A stretch of 64,000 bases of DNA from Saprospiraceae bacterium (GTDB taxonomy: Bacteria > Bacteroidota > Bacteroidia > Chitinophagales > Saprospiraceae). Shown here in pieces: positions 27,861 to 38,200 of the stretch (position 1 is the stretch's first letter; the number at the start of each line of letters is the position of its first letter). A program made the position numbers and the translations under genes. The DNA is taken from the NCBI GenBank assembly GCA_013001975.1, contig JABDKX010000215.1:12038-76037 (forward strand), written 5' to 3'. Under the pieces are notes generated by a model, which was given only the letters and a program-made list of their open reading frames with translations, was not told the origin of the DNA and made no database searches.

Positions 27861-30107
27861 TTATTCCTTGATTATTCTAGTAACACTTTCAACGCCATCA
27901 AGTTTACCAATTGAACTTAAGACCAGATTTAATTGATCTTTATTTTTAACAAAAACACTAATTTTTCCTTCAAAATAGCCCTCTTTTCCTTCAATACTGA
28001 AAGATCTGATATTGATACTCAAGTTATTAGATAATTCATTGGTAATTGATTGAATCACCCCTGGTCCTGAGTCTACACCTATAATAGATATTTCTGTAAT
28101 AAAGTTTGTTTGTGATTGTCCCGCCCATTCGGCTTTCAAAACACGATAAGAGTAGTTGGCTAGTAAATGGGTTGCATTTTTACAATTTATTCTGTGGATT
28201 TTCAGACCTTTTCCTGAAGTTAAGTAGCCAAATATATCATCACCTTGTACAGGATTACAGCAAAGGGCGAAGGAGTATTCATATTGATCCAATGATTCTC
28301 CATCAATCAGAATATTAGAACTTCCAACTTTCGGTTTCTTTTTACTTTCTTTTACTGGTAAATCAGCTGGGGCCTGTTTGCCTTGGGTTTCGATATTTCC
28401 TTGAGCTGCAATCGGTTGTTTTTTATCAACTAATTTGTTGTTTTCTACAACATAAGTCTTCAAATCTGGCATCTTAATATCTCCTGTTGCTAAGGCAAAG
28501 TAATAATCTGGTCTGCTGTTGTAACCGTTTGATTTAACTAAAAAGTCAATATTGTCTTCAAAATTAAATTTAGCATTTTTAAGTTTTCTAAATAATGCTT
28601 CCTTCCCAAATTCACCTTTTTGCCTTTTTTCTTCTTTCATGGCAGATCGAATTTTTGACCTGGCCTTTCCTGTGACAGTAAGTTTCAGCCAATGTTCGGA
28701 AGGTTTTTGGTTTTTGTTGGTTGTAACTTGGATTTGATCACCATTGTTAAGCACATGGCCCATAGGCACCAACTTATTGTTGACTTTTATAGCTGTGGCG
28801 TGATATCCAACATCTGAATGGATGTCAAAAGCAAAATCTAATGCAGTTGCGCCTTCTGGTAATATTCTCATATCCCCAGTTGGGGTAAAAACGAAAACTT
28901 CTTTTTGAAAAAGATTAGATTTAAAGTCATTTAAAAATTCAAGTGCATCGGAATGTTGCGTATCCAACAATGCACGAACGTTATCCAACCATTTATCATA
29001 AACATTATTGTTGTTCTTGACACCTTTATATTTCCAGTGTGCTGCAAATCCTCTTTCTGCAATATCATCCATTCTTTCTGAACGAATTTGAACTTCAACA
29101 TATCGCCCTTTTGGCCCAATAACGGTAGTATGAAGAGATTCATAACCATTACTTTTCGGTGTGGTAATCCAATCTTTTAATCGTTCAGGAATTGGTTTGT
29201 ATACATCTGTTATGATCGAGTAGATTTGCCAGCATATACTTTTCTCCTTTTCTACATCAACATCTACAATTATTCTGACAGCGAATAAGTCATATATTTC
29301 TTCAAAAGGAACTTGTTTGACTTGGATTTTATTCCATATTGATGAGATGGCTTTGGGTCTTCCAAGTACACGGAAATCAACATCAAGTTCATTTAATTTT
29401 TCTGTCATTGGATCAATGAACTCTTTGATGTAGGTATTCCTATCAGATTCAGTTTTTTGAAGTTTAGAAGCGATTTCTTTATAGCCATCAGGTTCATTGA
29501 TTTTCATGCAAATATCATTGAACTCTGTTTTTATATTATACAAACCAAGCCTATGGGCGAGTGGAGTATAAATATAGCTGGTTTCGGCGGCAATTCTAAT
29601 TTGCTTTTGCTTTGGCATGGCATCGATGGTTCTCAGATTGTGGAGCCTGTCTGCCATTTTAATCAGAACTACGCGCACGTCGTAAACGAGAGAACTTAAT
29701 ACTTTTTTGAAGTTTTCAGCTTGCTTATTTTCGACGTTATAAGTACCATCTAATTTTGTCAATCCATCAACAATACGTTTGATCTTTGGACCAAACATTT
29801 CATCTATTTCTTCTAATGTTGTATCGGTGTCTTCAACGACATCGTGTAACAAAGCACTTACAATCGAAGTAGCACCAAGGCCAATTTCTTCATAACAGAT
29901 TCTTGCAACTTCAATAGGATGAAAGACATATGGTTCACCTGATTTCCGTCGTTGGTATTTATGTGCATCAACAATAAGATCAAATGCCTTTTTTATATGG
30001 ACTATATCTTCATCATTACATTTGGGTTTGACCTTTTGCAGTAATGATTTGAATTCCTTTTCAATTTCAAGGTATTCACCTTTTGATATTGCTTTTCCTT
30101 TTGGCAT
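27861..30107 (-). CDS. Bifunctional (p)ppGpp synthetase/hydrolase, RelA/SpoT homolog (RSH)
   Basis: 748 aa. HD hydrolase motif LLHDVVEDT, RelA/SpoT synthetase core, then TGS- and ACT-like C-terminal regions. Confidence 0.9.
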   Translation of the reverse strand: MPKGKAISKGEYLEIEKEFKSLLQKVKPKCNDEDIVHIKKAFDLIVDAHKYQRRKSGEPYVFHPIEVARICYEEIGLGATSIVSALLHDVVEDTDTTLEEIDEMFGPKIKRIVDGLTKLDGTYNVENKQAENFKKVLSSLVYDVRVVLIKMADRLHNLRTIDAMPKQKQIRIAAETSYIYTPLAHRLGLYNIKTEFNDICMKINEPDGYKEIASKLQKTESDRNTYIKEFIDPMTEKLNELDVDFRVLGRPKAISSIWNKIQVKQVPFEEIYDLFAVRIIVDVDVEKEKSICWQIYSIITDVYKPIPERLKDWITTPKSNGYESLHTTVIGPKGRYVEVQIRSERMDDIAERGFAAHWKYKGVKNNNNVYDKWLDNVRALLDTQHSDALEFLNDFKSNLFQKEVFVFTPTGDMRILPEGATALDFAFDIHSDVGYHATAIKVNNKLVPMGHVLNNGDQIQVTTNKNQKPSEHWLKLTVTGKARSKIRSAMKEEKRQKGEFGKEALFRKLKNAKFNFEDNIDFLVKSNGYNSRPDYYFALATGDIKMPDLKTYVVENNKLVDKKQPIAAQGNIETQGKQAPADLPVKESKKKPKVGSSNILIDGESLDQYEYSFALCCNPVQGDDIFGYLTSGKGLKIHRINCKNATHLLANYSYRVLKAEWAGQSQTNFITEISIIGVDSGPGVIQSITNELSNNLSINIRSFSIEGKEGYFEGKISVFVKNKDQLNLVLSSIGKLDGVESVTRIIKE

Positions 30108-30371
30108 ATAAACTAGATAGCCAATAAAAGTACTGATTCTACATTTAAGTTGCCATCAAACGGAGGTATAGTTTAAGCTATACATAAGATTTAATCCTTT
30201 TTTTGGAAATGTATCTCATTTATAATTAAAAGAAACTGACTGTAATATTTGAAAAAACGACATATCATTGATATTTGGTGATTTGAGCACCCAAAAAGAG
30301 TCAAAAATTAGCGAAATAACAGTTGCTCAATGAGTAAAAAGATATATCTTTGCGCCTCGTTAATTTGAAAT

Positions 30372-30453
30372 GCGGGTGTGATGAAATTGGTAGACATGCT
30401 AGACTTAGGATCTAGTGCTTCACGGCGTGGGGGTTCGAGTCCCTCCACCCGCA
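30372..30453 (+). tRNA. tRNA-Leu (anticodon UAG)
   Basis: Cloverleaf read by hand. Acceptor GCGGGTG/CACCCGC plus discriminator A, anticodon stem CTAGA/TCTAG with loop CTTAGGA, a 13-nt variable arm, and T-arm GGGGG-TTCGAGT-CCCTC. No encoded CCA. Confidence 0.9.
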
Positions 30454-30496
30454 CTTTTAAAAAACAAGCCTCTCCATAATACTTTATAAATAGCAA

Positions 30497-31852
30497 ATGA
30501 AAATTGAGAAGAAAGACTTAAATGCTTTGACAGCTGAGCTTACGATCGTTATTGAAAAGGATGATTATTTGTCAGATTTCAACCAACAAATCAAAACATA
30601 TCAGCAGAAATCTGCGATGAAGGGATTTCGAAAGGGTAAAACGCCCATTGGATTAGTAAAAAAAATGTACGGTTCAGCAGCATTGCAAGAATCAGTATCA
30701 AAGATTTTAAGCAATAAAATCAATGAAATAATCAGTGGAGAAGAATATCAAATTATTGGTGAGCCTTTATTTTTAGATGAAGATAATCTGCCTACCATCG
30801 ATTATACTGATCCACAAGATTATTCCTACAGATTTGAAATTGGTCTTGAACCGGAATTTGATGTTCAAGGTGCATCTGAAACGGATACTTATTCACAATA
30901 TAAAGTTGATATTTCAGATGAAATGATTGATGAAGAAGTAGCTGAAATGTGTAAGAAGTTTGGAAACCAAATTGAAGTTGACGATACGATTGTTGAAAAT
31001 GATGTTGTCTACGTGAAGGTTTCAGAGCTTGAAGGTAAGAACATTAAGGAAGGTGGCGTAGAATCGGAATTTTCTTTTAATATAGACAAAGTTGAGGAAG
31101 CGTACCAAGAATCTATACTTAAAATGAAAAAAGGAGATTCTTTTGATATGAACATCTTCAAATTTGAAAAGGATCTTCCAGAAGATAATGTTTATAAATA
31201 TCTTTTAAAAATTGATAAGCCTGCTGAAGAAGATGCTCAGATCAGCGAAATGTTTAAAGCTGAGATAACAAAAGTTGTTAGAAATGAGCCGTCAGAGTTT
31301 AATCAAGAGTTATTTGATAAGTATTTTGGAAAAGATGCCGTTAAATCTGAAGACGAAGCTCGAGAAAAGATAAAAAGCTTTATTGATGATTATTTCACAA
31401 CAGAAACTGTAAATTATCTTAATAGAGAGATAATGGAGGCATTAGTTGCAAAAAATCAATTTGATCTTCCTGAAGGGTTTATAAAAAAATGGATCAATAA
31501 GGAAAAGGAGATGCCTGAAGATCAGTTTGAAAACTTCATCAAAGAAATGAAATGGCGTGTCATTAAGAAAAAATTGGTGAAACAGTTTGAAGTAAATGTT
31601 GAAGAACAAGAAATTTTAAACTATTTCGTTAATATGATTCGCAATTATTCGCCTTATATTGACGAAGCAACGTTAAAAAATACTGCTTTTTCGTTGATGA
31701 AAAACCGAGAACAGGTGAATTCTGCAATAGAAGCAGTCAGTAGTGGCAAGTTATTTGATGAAGTAAGAAAGGTGGTAAAGATTGAAAGTGAGGATATTGA
31801 TAAAGATGGGTTTACAGAAAAAGTAAAAGAAATTAATAAAAGAATGCAGTAA
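30497..31852 (+). CDS. tig: Trigger factor
   Basis: 451 aa. The N-terminal ribosome-binding motif region contains GFRKGKTP. It lies directly upstream of clpP-clpX. Confidence 0.9.
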   Translation: MKIEKKDLNALTAELTIVIEKDDYLSDFNQQIKTYQQKSAMKGFRKGKTPIGLVKKMYGSAALQESVSKILSNKINEIISGEEYQIIGEPLFLDEDNLPTIDYTDPQDYSYRFEIGLEPEFDVQGASETDTYSQYKVDISDEMIDEEVAEMCKKFGNQIEVDDTIVENDVVYVKVSELEGKNIKEGGVESEFSFNIDKVEEAYQESILKMKKGDSFDMNIFKFEKDLPEDNVYKYLLKIDKPAEEDAQISEMFKAEITKVVRNEPSEFNQELFDKYFGKDAVKSEDEAREKIKSFIDDYFTTETVNYLNREIMEALVAKNQFDLPEGFIKKWINKEKEMPEDQFENFIKEMKWRVIKKKLVKQFEVNVEEQEILNYFVNMIRNYSPYIDEATLKNTAFSLMKNREQVNSAIEAVSSGKLFDEVRKVVKIESEDIDKDGFTEKVKEINKRMQ

Positions 31853-31892
31853 ACTCTTTAGAGAAAATTGCGTTATTAATAAAAATTTGAAT

Positions 31893-32600
31893 ATGTCATT
31901 AACAAATGAATTTAGAAAGTATGCGACAATGCATCTTAATTTAAATGCAGATGCTGTCGATCATCATATTGATTCTATAAAAATTCCAGGCATTACTGGA
32001 TTTACACCGCAGGTAATAGAAGAGAGACAAATGAACGTTGTTGGAATGGATGTTTTTTCCAGACTTATGATGGATCGCATTATCTTTTTAGGTGTTCCAA
32101 TTAATGACTATGTAGCCAATGTTGTACAGGCACAACTGTTATTTTTAGAGTCTACAGATCCAAAAAGAGATGTTCAAATGTTTATAAACAGTCCTGGTGG
32201 GTCTGTTATTGCAGGTTTAGGTATTTATGATACAATGCAATATGTCTCTCCTGATGTTTCAACAATCTGTACAGGATTAGCAGCATCAATGGGTTCTGTT
32301 TTATTAATGGCAGGGACAAAAGGAAAACGAACTTGTTTGCAACACAGCCGTGTTATGATTCATCAACCATCTGGTGGCATGCAAGGTCAATTTTCAGACA
32401 TGGAAATTACTTACAAATTGATCAAGGACATGAAACGAGAGTTGTATACTATTATGGCAACATGCTCTGGTCAAGAATATGATAAAATTGAGAAAGACAG
32501 TGATCGAGATAACTGGATGACTGCTTTAGAGGCAAAAGAATATGGTATCGTTGATGAAGTATTAACAAGAGAAAATCCTCGTAAAACCGATAAAGCTTAA
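31893..32600 (+). CDS. clpP: ATP-dependent Clp protease proteolytic subunit
   Basis: Catalytic Ser in GLAASMGS and His in MIHQP. The ATG at 31893 is preferred over the TTG at 31887. Confidence 0.95.
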   Translation: MSLTNEFRKYATMHLNLNADAVDHHIDSIKIPGITGFTPQVIEERQMNVVGMDVFSRLMMDRIIFLGVPINDYVANVVQAQLLFLESTDPKRDVQMFINSPGGSVIAGLGIYDTMQYVSPDVSTICTGLAASMGSVLLMAGTKGKRTCLQHSRVMIHQPSGGMQGQFSDMEITYKLIKDMKRELYTIMATCSGQEYDKIEKDSDRDNWMTALEAKEYGIVDEVLTRENPRKTDKA

Positions 32601-32602
32601 CC

Positions 32603-33847
32603 GTGGCAACTAATAAAAATAAAGGGCAAAAGTGTTCATTTTGTGGTAGAGATAAAAAAGATACGCTTTTATTAATTGCTGGTGTAGAAGGCCATATTTG
32701 TGAAGCTTGTGTAGAGCAAGCTTTCGAAATTGTCGATGAAGAGTTAGGAGCAAAATCCAAAAATAAAAGTAACTACAGTTTCAAATTACCAACTGGAACA
32801 ACGCCTGCCAAAATCAAATCTTTTTTAGATCAATATATTATTGGTCAAAATGAATCAAAAAAATATTTATCGGTCAGTGTATATAATCACTACAAGAGGT
32901 TGAATCAAAAATCAACCGATGATATAGAAATTGAAAAGTCCAATATTTTATTTGTTGGCCAAACAGGTACTGGTAAAACATTATTAGCAAAAACAATTGC
33001 TAAATATCTGAATGTACCTTTTTCCATTGTTGATGCTACTGTTTTTACTGAAGCTGGTTATGTGGGTGAAGATGTCGAAAGTATGTTGAGTCGATTATTA
33101 CAAGCGGCAGACTATAATGTTGAAGCTGCTCAAAAAGGCATCGTCTATATTGATGAAATCGATAAAATAGCGCGTAAACGAGATAACCCGTCAATTACCA
33201 GGGATGTTTCAGGTGAAGGCGTTCAACAAGCCTTATTAAAGATGCTAGAGGGAACGGAAGTTAATGTACCTCCTTATGGCGGAAGAAAGCATCCAGAGCA
33301 AAAAATGATACAAGTAAACACCAGTAATATATTGTTTATTATGGGTGGTGCATTTGATGGTATCAGTAAGATAATTGCTAAAAGACTCAACACGCAAGTT
33401 ATTGGCTTTAATAATAATAAGGAAGACTTAACTAACGAGGAGAACTTACTTAAGTACTTGTCTCATCAAGACCTTAAAGCATATGGCTTAATTCCAGAAT
33501 TGATTGGAAGAATGCCAGTGTTAACTTATTTAAATCCTTTAGATCAAGAAACGTTGGTTCGAATCTTAACAGAACCTAAAAACGCTTTAGTGAAACAATA
33601 TGAAAAATTGTTTGCATTAGAGGGAATCAAATTAACCATTGAAAATGATGCTGTTAATTATATTGCTAAAATGGCAATGGAGTATAAATTAGGTGCTAGA
33701 GGATTACGTTCGATACTAGAAGCAATTTTAACGGATGCTATGTTTGAGTTACCATCCCAAGCTGACATAAAAGAATTTTCAGTTGATGAGCTTTATGCAT
33801 CAGAACAATTGAAACGTTCTTCTATTTCAAAATTAAAAGTAGCTTAA
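32603..33847 (+). CDS. clpX: ATP-dependent Clp protease ATP-binding subunit ClpX
   Basis: N-terminal zinc finger CSFCGR...CEAC, Walker A GQTGTGKT, Walker [13 protein letters not shown] start 2 nt after clpP. Confidence 0.95.
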   Translation: MATNKNKGQKCSFCGRDKKDTLLLIAGVEGHICEACVEQAFEIVDEELGAKSKNKSNYSFKLPTGTTPAKIKSFLDQYIIGQNESKKYLSVSVYNHYKRLNQKSTDDIEIEKSNILFVGQTGTGKTLLAKTIAKYLNVPFSIVDATVFTEAGYVGEDVESMLSRLLQAADYNVEAAQKGIVYIDEIDKIARKRDNPSITRDVSGEGVQQALLKMLEGTEVNVPPYGGRKHPEQKMIQVNTSNILFIMGGAFDGISKIIAKRLNTQVIGFNNNKEDLTNEENLLKYLSHQDLKAYGLIPELIGRMPVLTYLNPLDQETLVRILTEPKNALVKQYEKLFALEGIKLTIENDAVNYIAKMAMEYKLGARGLRSILEAILTDAMFELPSQADIKEFSVDELYASEQLKRSSISKLKVA

Positions 33848-33855
33848 TTTAAATA

Positions 33856-35124
33856 TTAAGCGTATAAATCAAATTGCTTCATCATCTTATTGACTTCTTT
33901 TTTAACACTAGAAAGATAGGCTTCATCTTCTTTTCTTGTTAGTATTTCGTCAATCCAATCTACGATTTGGATACAATGATATTCTTTTAATCCACGCGTT
34001 GTTATAGCTGCTGTTCCCAATCTGATTCCAGATGTTACAAATGGACTTTGATCATCAAAGGGAACCATATTTTTATTAACCGTAATATCCGCTAATTCAA
34101 GTGTTTTTTCAGCAACTTTTCCAGTAATGTCTTTAGATCGTAAGTCAATAAGTAATAGGTGGTTATCAGTTCCTCCAGATGAAATTTGGTAACCTTTATC
34201 AAGGAATGCTTTTGACATTGCTTGAGCATTTTTAATGACTTGTTTTCCATAAGTTTTAAATGAATCATTTTGCGCTTCTTTAAAAGCGATTGCTTTTGCT
34301 GCTATGACATGTTCCAGTGGTCCACCTTGCATACCAGGAAAAACGCCACTATTTAAAATGGAAGACATCTTTATCAAGTTACCTTTTTTGGTTGTTCTAC
34401 CCCAAGGATTTTCAAAGTCTTTACCCAGCATGATTATACCGCCTCTTGGTCCTCTCAAAGTTTTGTGTGTAGTAGAGGTGATAATATGACAGTGGGGCAG
34501 TGGGTCATCTAATAAGTTAGCTGCAATTAATCCAGCGGGATGTGCGATATCAGCAAGTAAAATAGCATTTACAGAATCAGCAATTTCTCGAAATCTTTTA
34601 TAATCCCAATCTCTCGGATAAGCTGAAGCACCACAAATGATTAATTTAGGTTTTTGAAGGTGGGCAATCTTTTCCACTTTATCCATATCAATTCTACCTG
34701 TATCAGCTTCAACGCCATAAAATACAGGATTATAAACTTTGCCAGAATAATTGACCGGTGATCCGTGTGACAAATGACCTCCATGAGCTAAATCGAAACC
34801 TAAAACAGTATCTCCAGGTTGTAGTAAAGCTAAAAATACAGCAGCATTGGCTTGTGCGCCTGAGTGAGGTTGGACATTGGCATATTCAGCTCCAAATAAA
34901 GCTTTTAATCTATCAATGGCCATATTTTCAATTTCATCCACAAACTGACATCCACCATAATACCGTTTGCCAGGATAGCCTTCAGCGTATTTATTTGTTA
35001 AGCAAGTTCCCATAGCAGCCATTACATCAGGGCTAGCAAAGTTTTCTGACGCTATCAATTCAATACCTTCTGTTTGTCGCTTTAATTCTTTTTCGATTAA
35101 TGCGTTGATTTTTTTATCTACCAT
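33856..35124 (-). CDS. glyA: Serine hydroxymethyltransferase
   Basis: PLP-lysine motif [12 protein letters not shown]. The start is set at [17 protein letters not shown]. The 22-codon ORF-track extension covers the upstream terminator and is rejected. Confidence 0.95.
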   Translation of the reverse strand: MVDKKINALIEKELKRQTEGIELIASENFASPDVMAAMGTCLTNKYAEGYPGKRYYGGCQFVDEIENMAIDRLKALFGAEYANVQPHSGAQANAAVFLALLQPGDTVLGFDLAHGGHLSHGSPVNYSGKVYNPVFYGVEADTGRIDMDKVEKIAHLQKPKLIICGASAYPRDWDYKRFREIADSVNAILLADIAHPAGLIAANLLDDPLPHCHIITSTTHKTLRGPRGGIIMLGKDFENPWGRTTKKGNLIKMSSILNSGVFPGMQGGPLEHVIAAKAIAFKEAQNDSFKTYGKQVIKNAQAMSKAFLDKGYQISSGGTDNHLLLIDLRSKDITGKVAEKTLELADITVNKNMVPFDDQSPFVTSGIRLGTAAITTRGLKEYHCIQIVDWIDEILTRKEDEAYLSSVKKEVNKMMKQFDLYA

Positions 35125-35160
35125 ATTGGTTTCTAATTCACTAAAATTAAATGATTGCCA

Positions 35161-35198
35161 AAAATAAAAAAAGCCTTGCGTAATAAACACAAGGCTTT
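35161..35198 (-). terminator. Rho-independent terminator of the giant repeat-protein gene
   Basis: Perfect 9-bp stem AAAGCCTTG / CAAGGCTTT with an 11-nt loop. On the minus strand it is followed by TTTTTTTATTTT, about 24 nt after the stop at 35222. Confidence 0.8.
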
Positions 35199-35221
35199 CT
35201 ATTTATTTTAATACATGTGTA

Positions 35222-38200
35222 TTATTGAATTCCTAATGCAGTTAATGTTTCAAAATCTAGGTTACCTACAGGTAAGCCATTGTCTTTTTGAAACTTAACC
35301 AATGCTGCTTTTGAAGATCTTCCAAATACACCATCAGCACCAGCACTTCCAATATCGTAATTTCTTTCGATAAGTGCGTTTTGTACTTTCATGTAGAAGT
35401 TCTTGTCTAAATCAGCTGCACAAACAACTTGTTTCCACTCAGTAAATCCACCTTTTTTAACCAACTGTCTTTTAGAAACAGTTTTGTATTGAGCTGGTAC
35501 TTCAGTTTCTGAAATTGTTTGAGGAGAAGTACTTGTGTAAGTTCTTGTCTCCATAACTGTAGAATTTGCAGTAGATGTTGTTGTGGCATCAGCAACTAAA
35601 GTCTGATACGTTCTGTTCACAAACTGATCTTCACCTCTTACTTCTTCGTAAGTTGCATCTGTAGCTAATTTCTGGTAACTAACATCCTCATAAGTTGCAG
35701 GAATTGGCGTCGCTTCAGTTGTTGCATCAGCTACCAAGTTTTGGTATGTTCTAGTTGTAAACTGATCATCTCCTCTTACTTCTTCTGCCGTTGCATCATT
35801 AGCAAGTCTTTGGAAAGATCTTGTCGTGTAAACTTTTCCATCACCTGTTCCTTCACCGTAAGAAACCAATTCTGTTCTTCTGTTTTGTCTTCTACCTTCT
35901 GCAGTTGAATTATCTGCAATTGGAGAAGATTCGCCTCTTCCATCGTAAGACATTTGCGAAACAGGAACACCAGCATCTACCAATGCATCATAAACTGATT
36001 TAGCTCTATTTCTAGATAAAGTTCTGTTAGATGCTTCTGATCCTTGAGAATCAGTATGTCCAAGAATTTGAACTTGACCTTTACCGTCCATAAGATCTTT
36101 GGCAATTCTTTGAATTTCAGCATTTGATGAACTTGAAAGAACAGAAGATCCCGAATTAAATTTAACATCAATTGTTACTGCAGAAGATCCAGCTCCTGTG
36201 ATCTCCTCGAAAGAAGCATCAGAAACTAATTTTTGCATTGTGATTGTTGTCATTCTGTCGTCACCTTGAATAGTTTCAGCAGACGCATCGTTTGCTAATA
36301 CTTCATAAGTGTAAGTACCGTAGCTAGGCTCTCCTGTGATAGTTTCAGCAGAAGCATCTGTACCCAACCTTTGAACTGTTACGTTCGTATATTGCGCTTG
36401 ACCATAAATTGGTTCAGCATAAGCATCAGAAACTAATTTTTGAGAATTTACATTTGTAAATTTATCATCAGCTCTAGATTCGCTTGCAGTAGCATCGGCA
36501 ACTAAACTTTGGTAAGTTCTAGAAGTAAATTGATCATCACCTCTAACTTCTTCAGCAGTAGCAGCCGTAGCCAACCTCTTATAAGTTCTTGGAGCATACT
36601 TAGCAGGTACTTCAACAACTTCTGTTGTTGCTGCACTTACTAATTTTTGGTAAGTTCTTGTTTCGTAAACTGCTGGTACAGTAGAAGAAGTCGTTGTAGC
36701 TGGTGTCACTAATTTTCTTGTAGAAACAGTTTCATAAACTGCAGGCACTTCAACAGCTTCAGTAGTAGCCGGTGTCACAAGTTTTCTAATTGTTCTTGTA
36801 GTATACACAGGATCAACAGTTACAGTTTCAGTTGTAGCTGGAGTAACTAATTTTTGATACGTTCTTGTTTTATATTGAGCAGGCACTTCAACAGCTTCAG
36901 TTGTAGCTGGTGTCACTAATTTCCTCATAGAAATAGTAGCATATTCAGCAGGTACTTCAACAGCTTCAGTAGTAGCCGGTGTAACAAGTTTTCTAATTGT
37001 TCTAGTAGTATAAACAGGATCGACAGTTACAGACTCCGTAGTAGCCGGTGTAACAAGTTTTCTCCAAGTTCTTGTTTCGTATTTAGCAGGCACTTCAACA
37101 GCTTCAGTTGTTGCCGGTGTCACTAATTTCCTATAAGAAACAGTTGTATAATCAGCAGGCACTTCGGTAGCCTCTGTTGTAGCGTCAGTTACTAACCTTT
37201 GGTATGTTCTAGTAGTATATTTAGCCTCAACTTTATTTGTACTTACAGAAGCAGGACTAGCTAATTTTTGGTAAGAAATTGTTTCATATACTGCAGGCAC
37301 TTCAACAACTTCGGTTGTCGCATCAGCAACTAATCTTTGGTAAGATCTTGTTGTATATTTAGCAGGCACTTCAATTGTTTGAATACAATCATCACCGCTG
37401 TTTGTCCATCCTTCGTCACATCCTTCTCTTACTTTTCTTTCTACATTTCTAAAAGAAGCTGGTGTTTCAACAAGACACCAAACCAAACAATCATCTGGGT
37501 TAGCAGAAAGACAAGCTGGATCAGCTTTTTTCTTTACCCATCTTGATGAAGCAGGAGAAGTTTCAATTCTAACTGTTTCAGTACTGTATCTAGCTGGTTT
37601 CTTATTAATTCTACTTGTTGCTTCAGAAACTAACACATCCTCAGTTACAGTTTCATATTTAGCAGGAATAACTTTAATTACATTGTAAGCTGGCTTTTTA
37701 AGTTTTTCTTCCGTAACAGTTTCGTAAGTTGCAGATACAGGACTTAAAGTAGAATATCCTTCTTTTACTAAAACTTCTTCAGTAACAGTTTCAAATTGTG
37801 CAGGTATAACTCTTAAAGTTGTATAAGCCGACTTTTTAAGTTTTTCCTCAGTCACAGTTTCGTAAGTAGCAGGTACAGCTCTTAAAGTTGTATGAGCATC
37901 TTTTACTAACACATCTTCAGTAACAGTTTCATAAACAGCAGGTACAGCTTTTAAAGTTGTGTAACCATCTTTAGAAAGTACTTCTTCCGTTACTGTTTCG
38001 TAAGTTGCTGGCACTTTTCTTAAAGTTGTGTAAGCTGGCTTTTTAAGTTTTTCTTCAGTTACTGTTTCATAAACAGCAGGAACTGCTCTTAAGGTAGTAT
38101 AAGCATCTTTTACTAATATATCCTCAGTAACAGTTTCGTATACAGGTGGTATATTTTTTACAACAGTATATCCATCTTTAGAAAGTACTTCTTCCGTAAC

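Noticed and set aside
30308-30496. 62-aa minus-strand ORF between the RelA/SpoT gene and tig.
   Set aside because: It overlaps the tRNA-Leu gene on the opposite strand. Its translation (EGLEPPRREALDP) is just the reverse complement of the tRNA T-arm and acceptor.
30108-30496. tRNA gene as a possible integration site for a genomic island.
   Set aside because: Both flanks are housekeeping genes (RelA/SpoT and tig-clpPX). There is no integrase, no duplicated tRNA 3' end and no obvious compositional break.
35125-35190. 22-codon N-terminal extension of glyA in the ORF track.
   Set aside because: The extension runs through the rho-independent terminator of the upstream giant gene. The canonical SHMT N-terminus begins at the Met at 35124.
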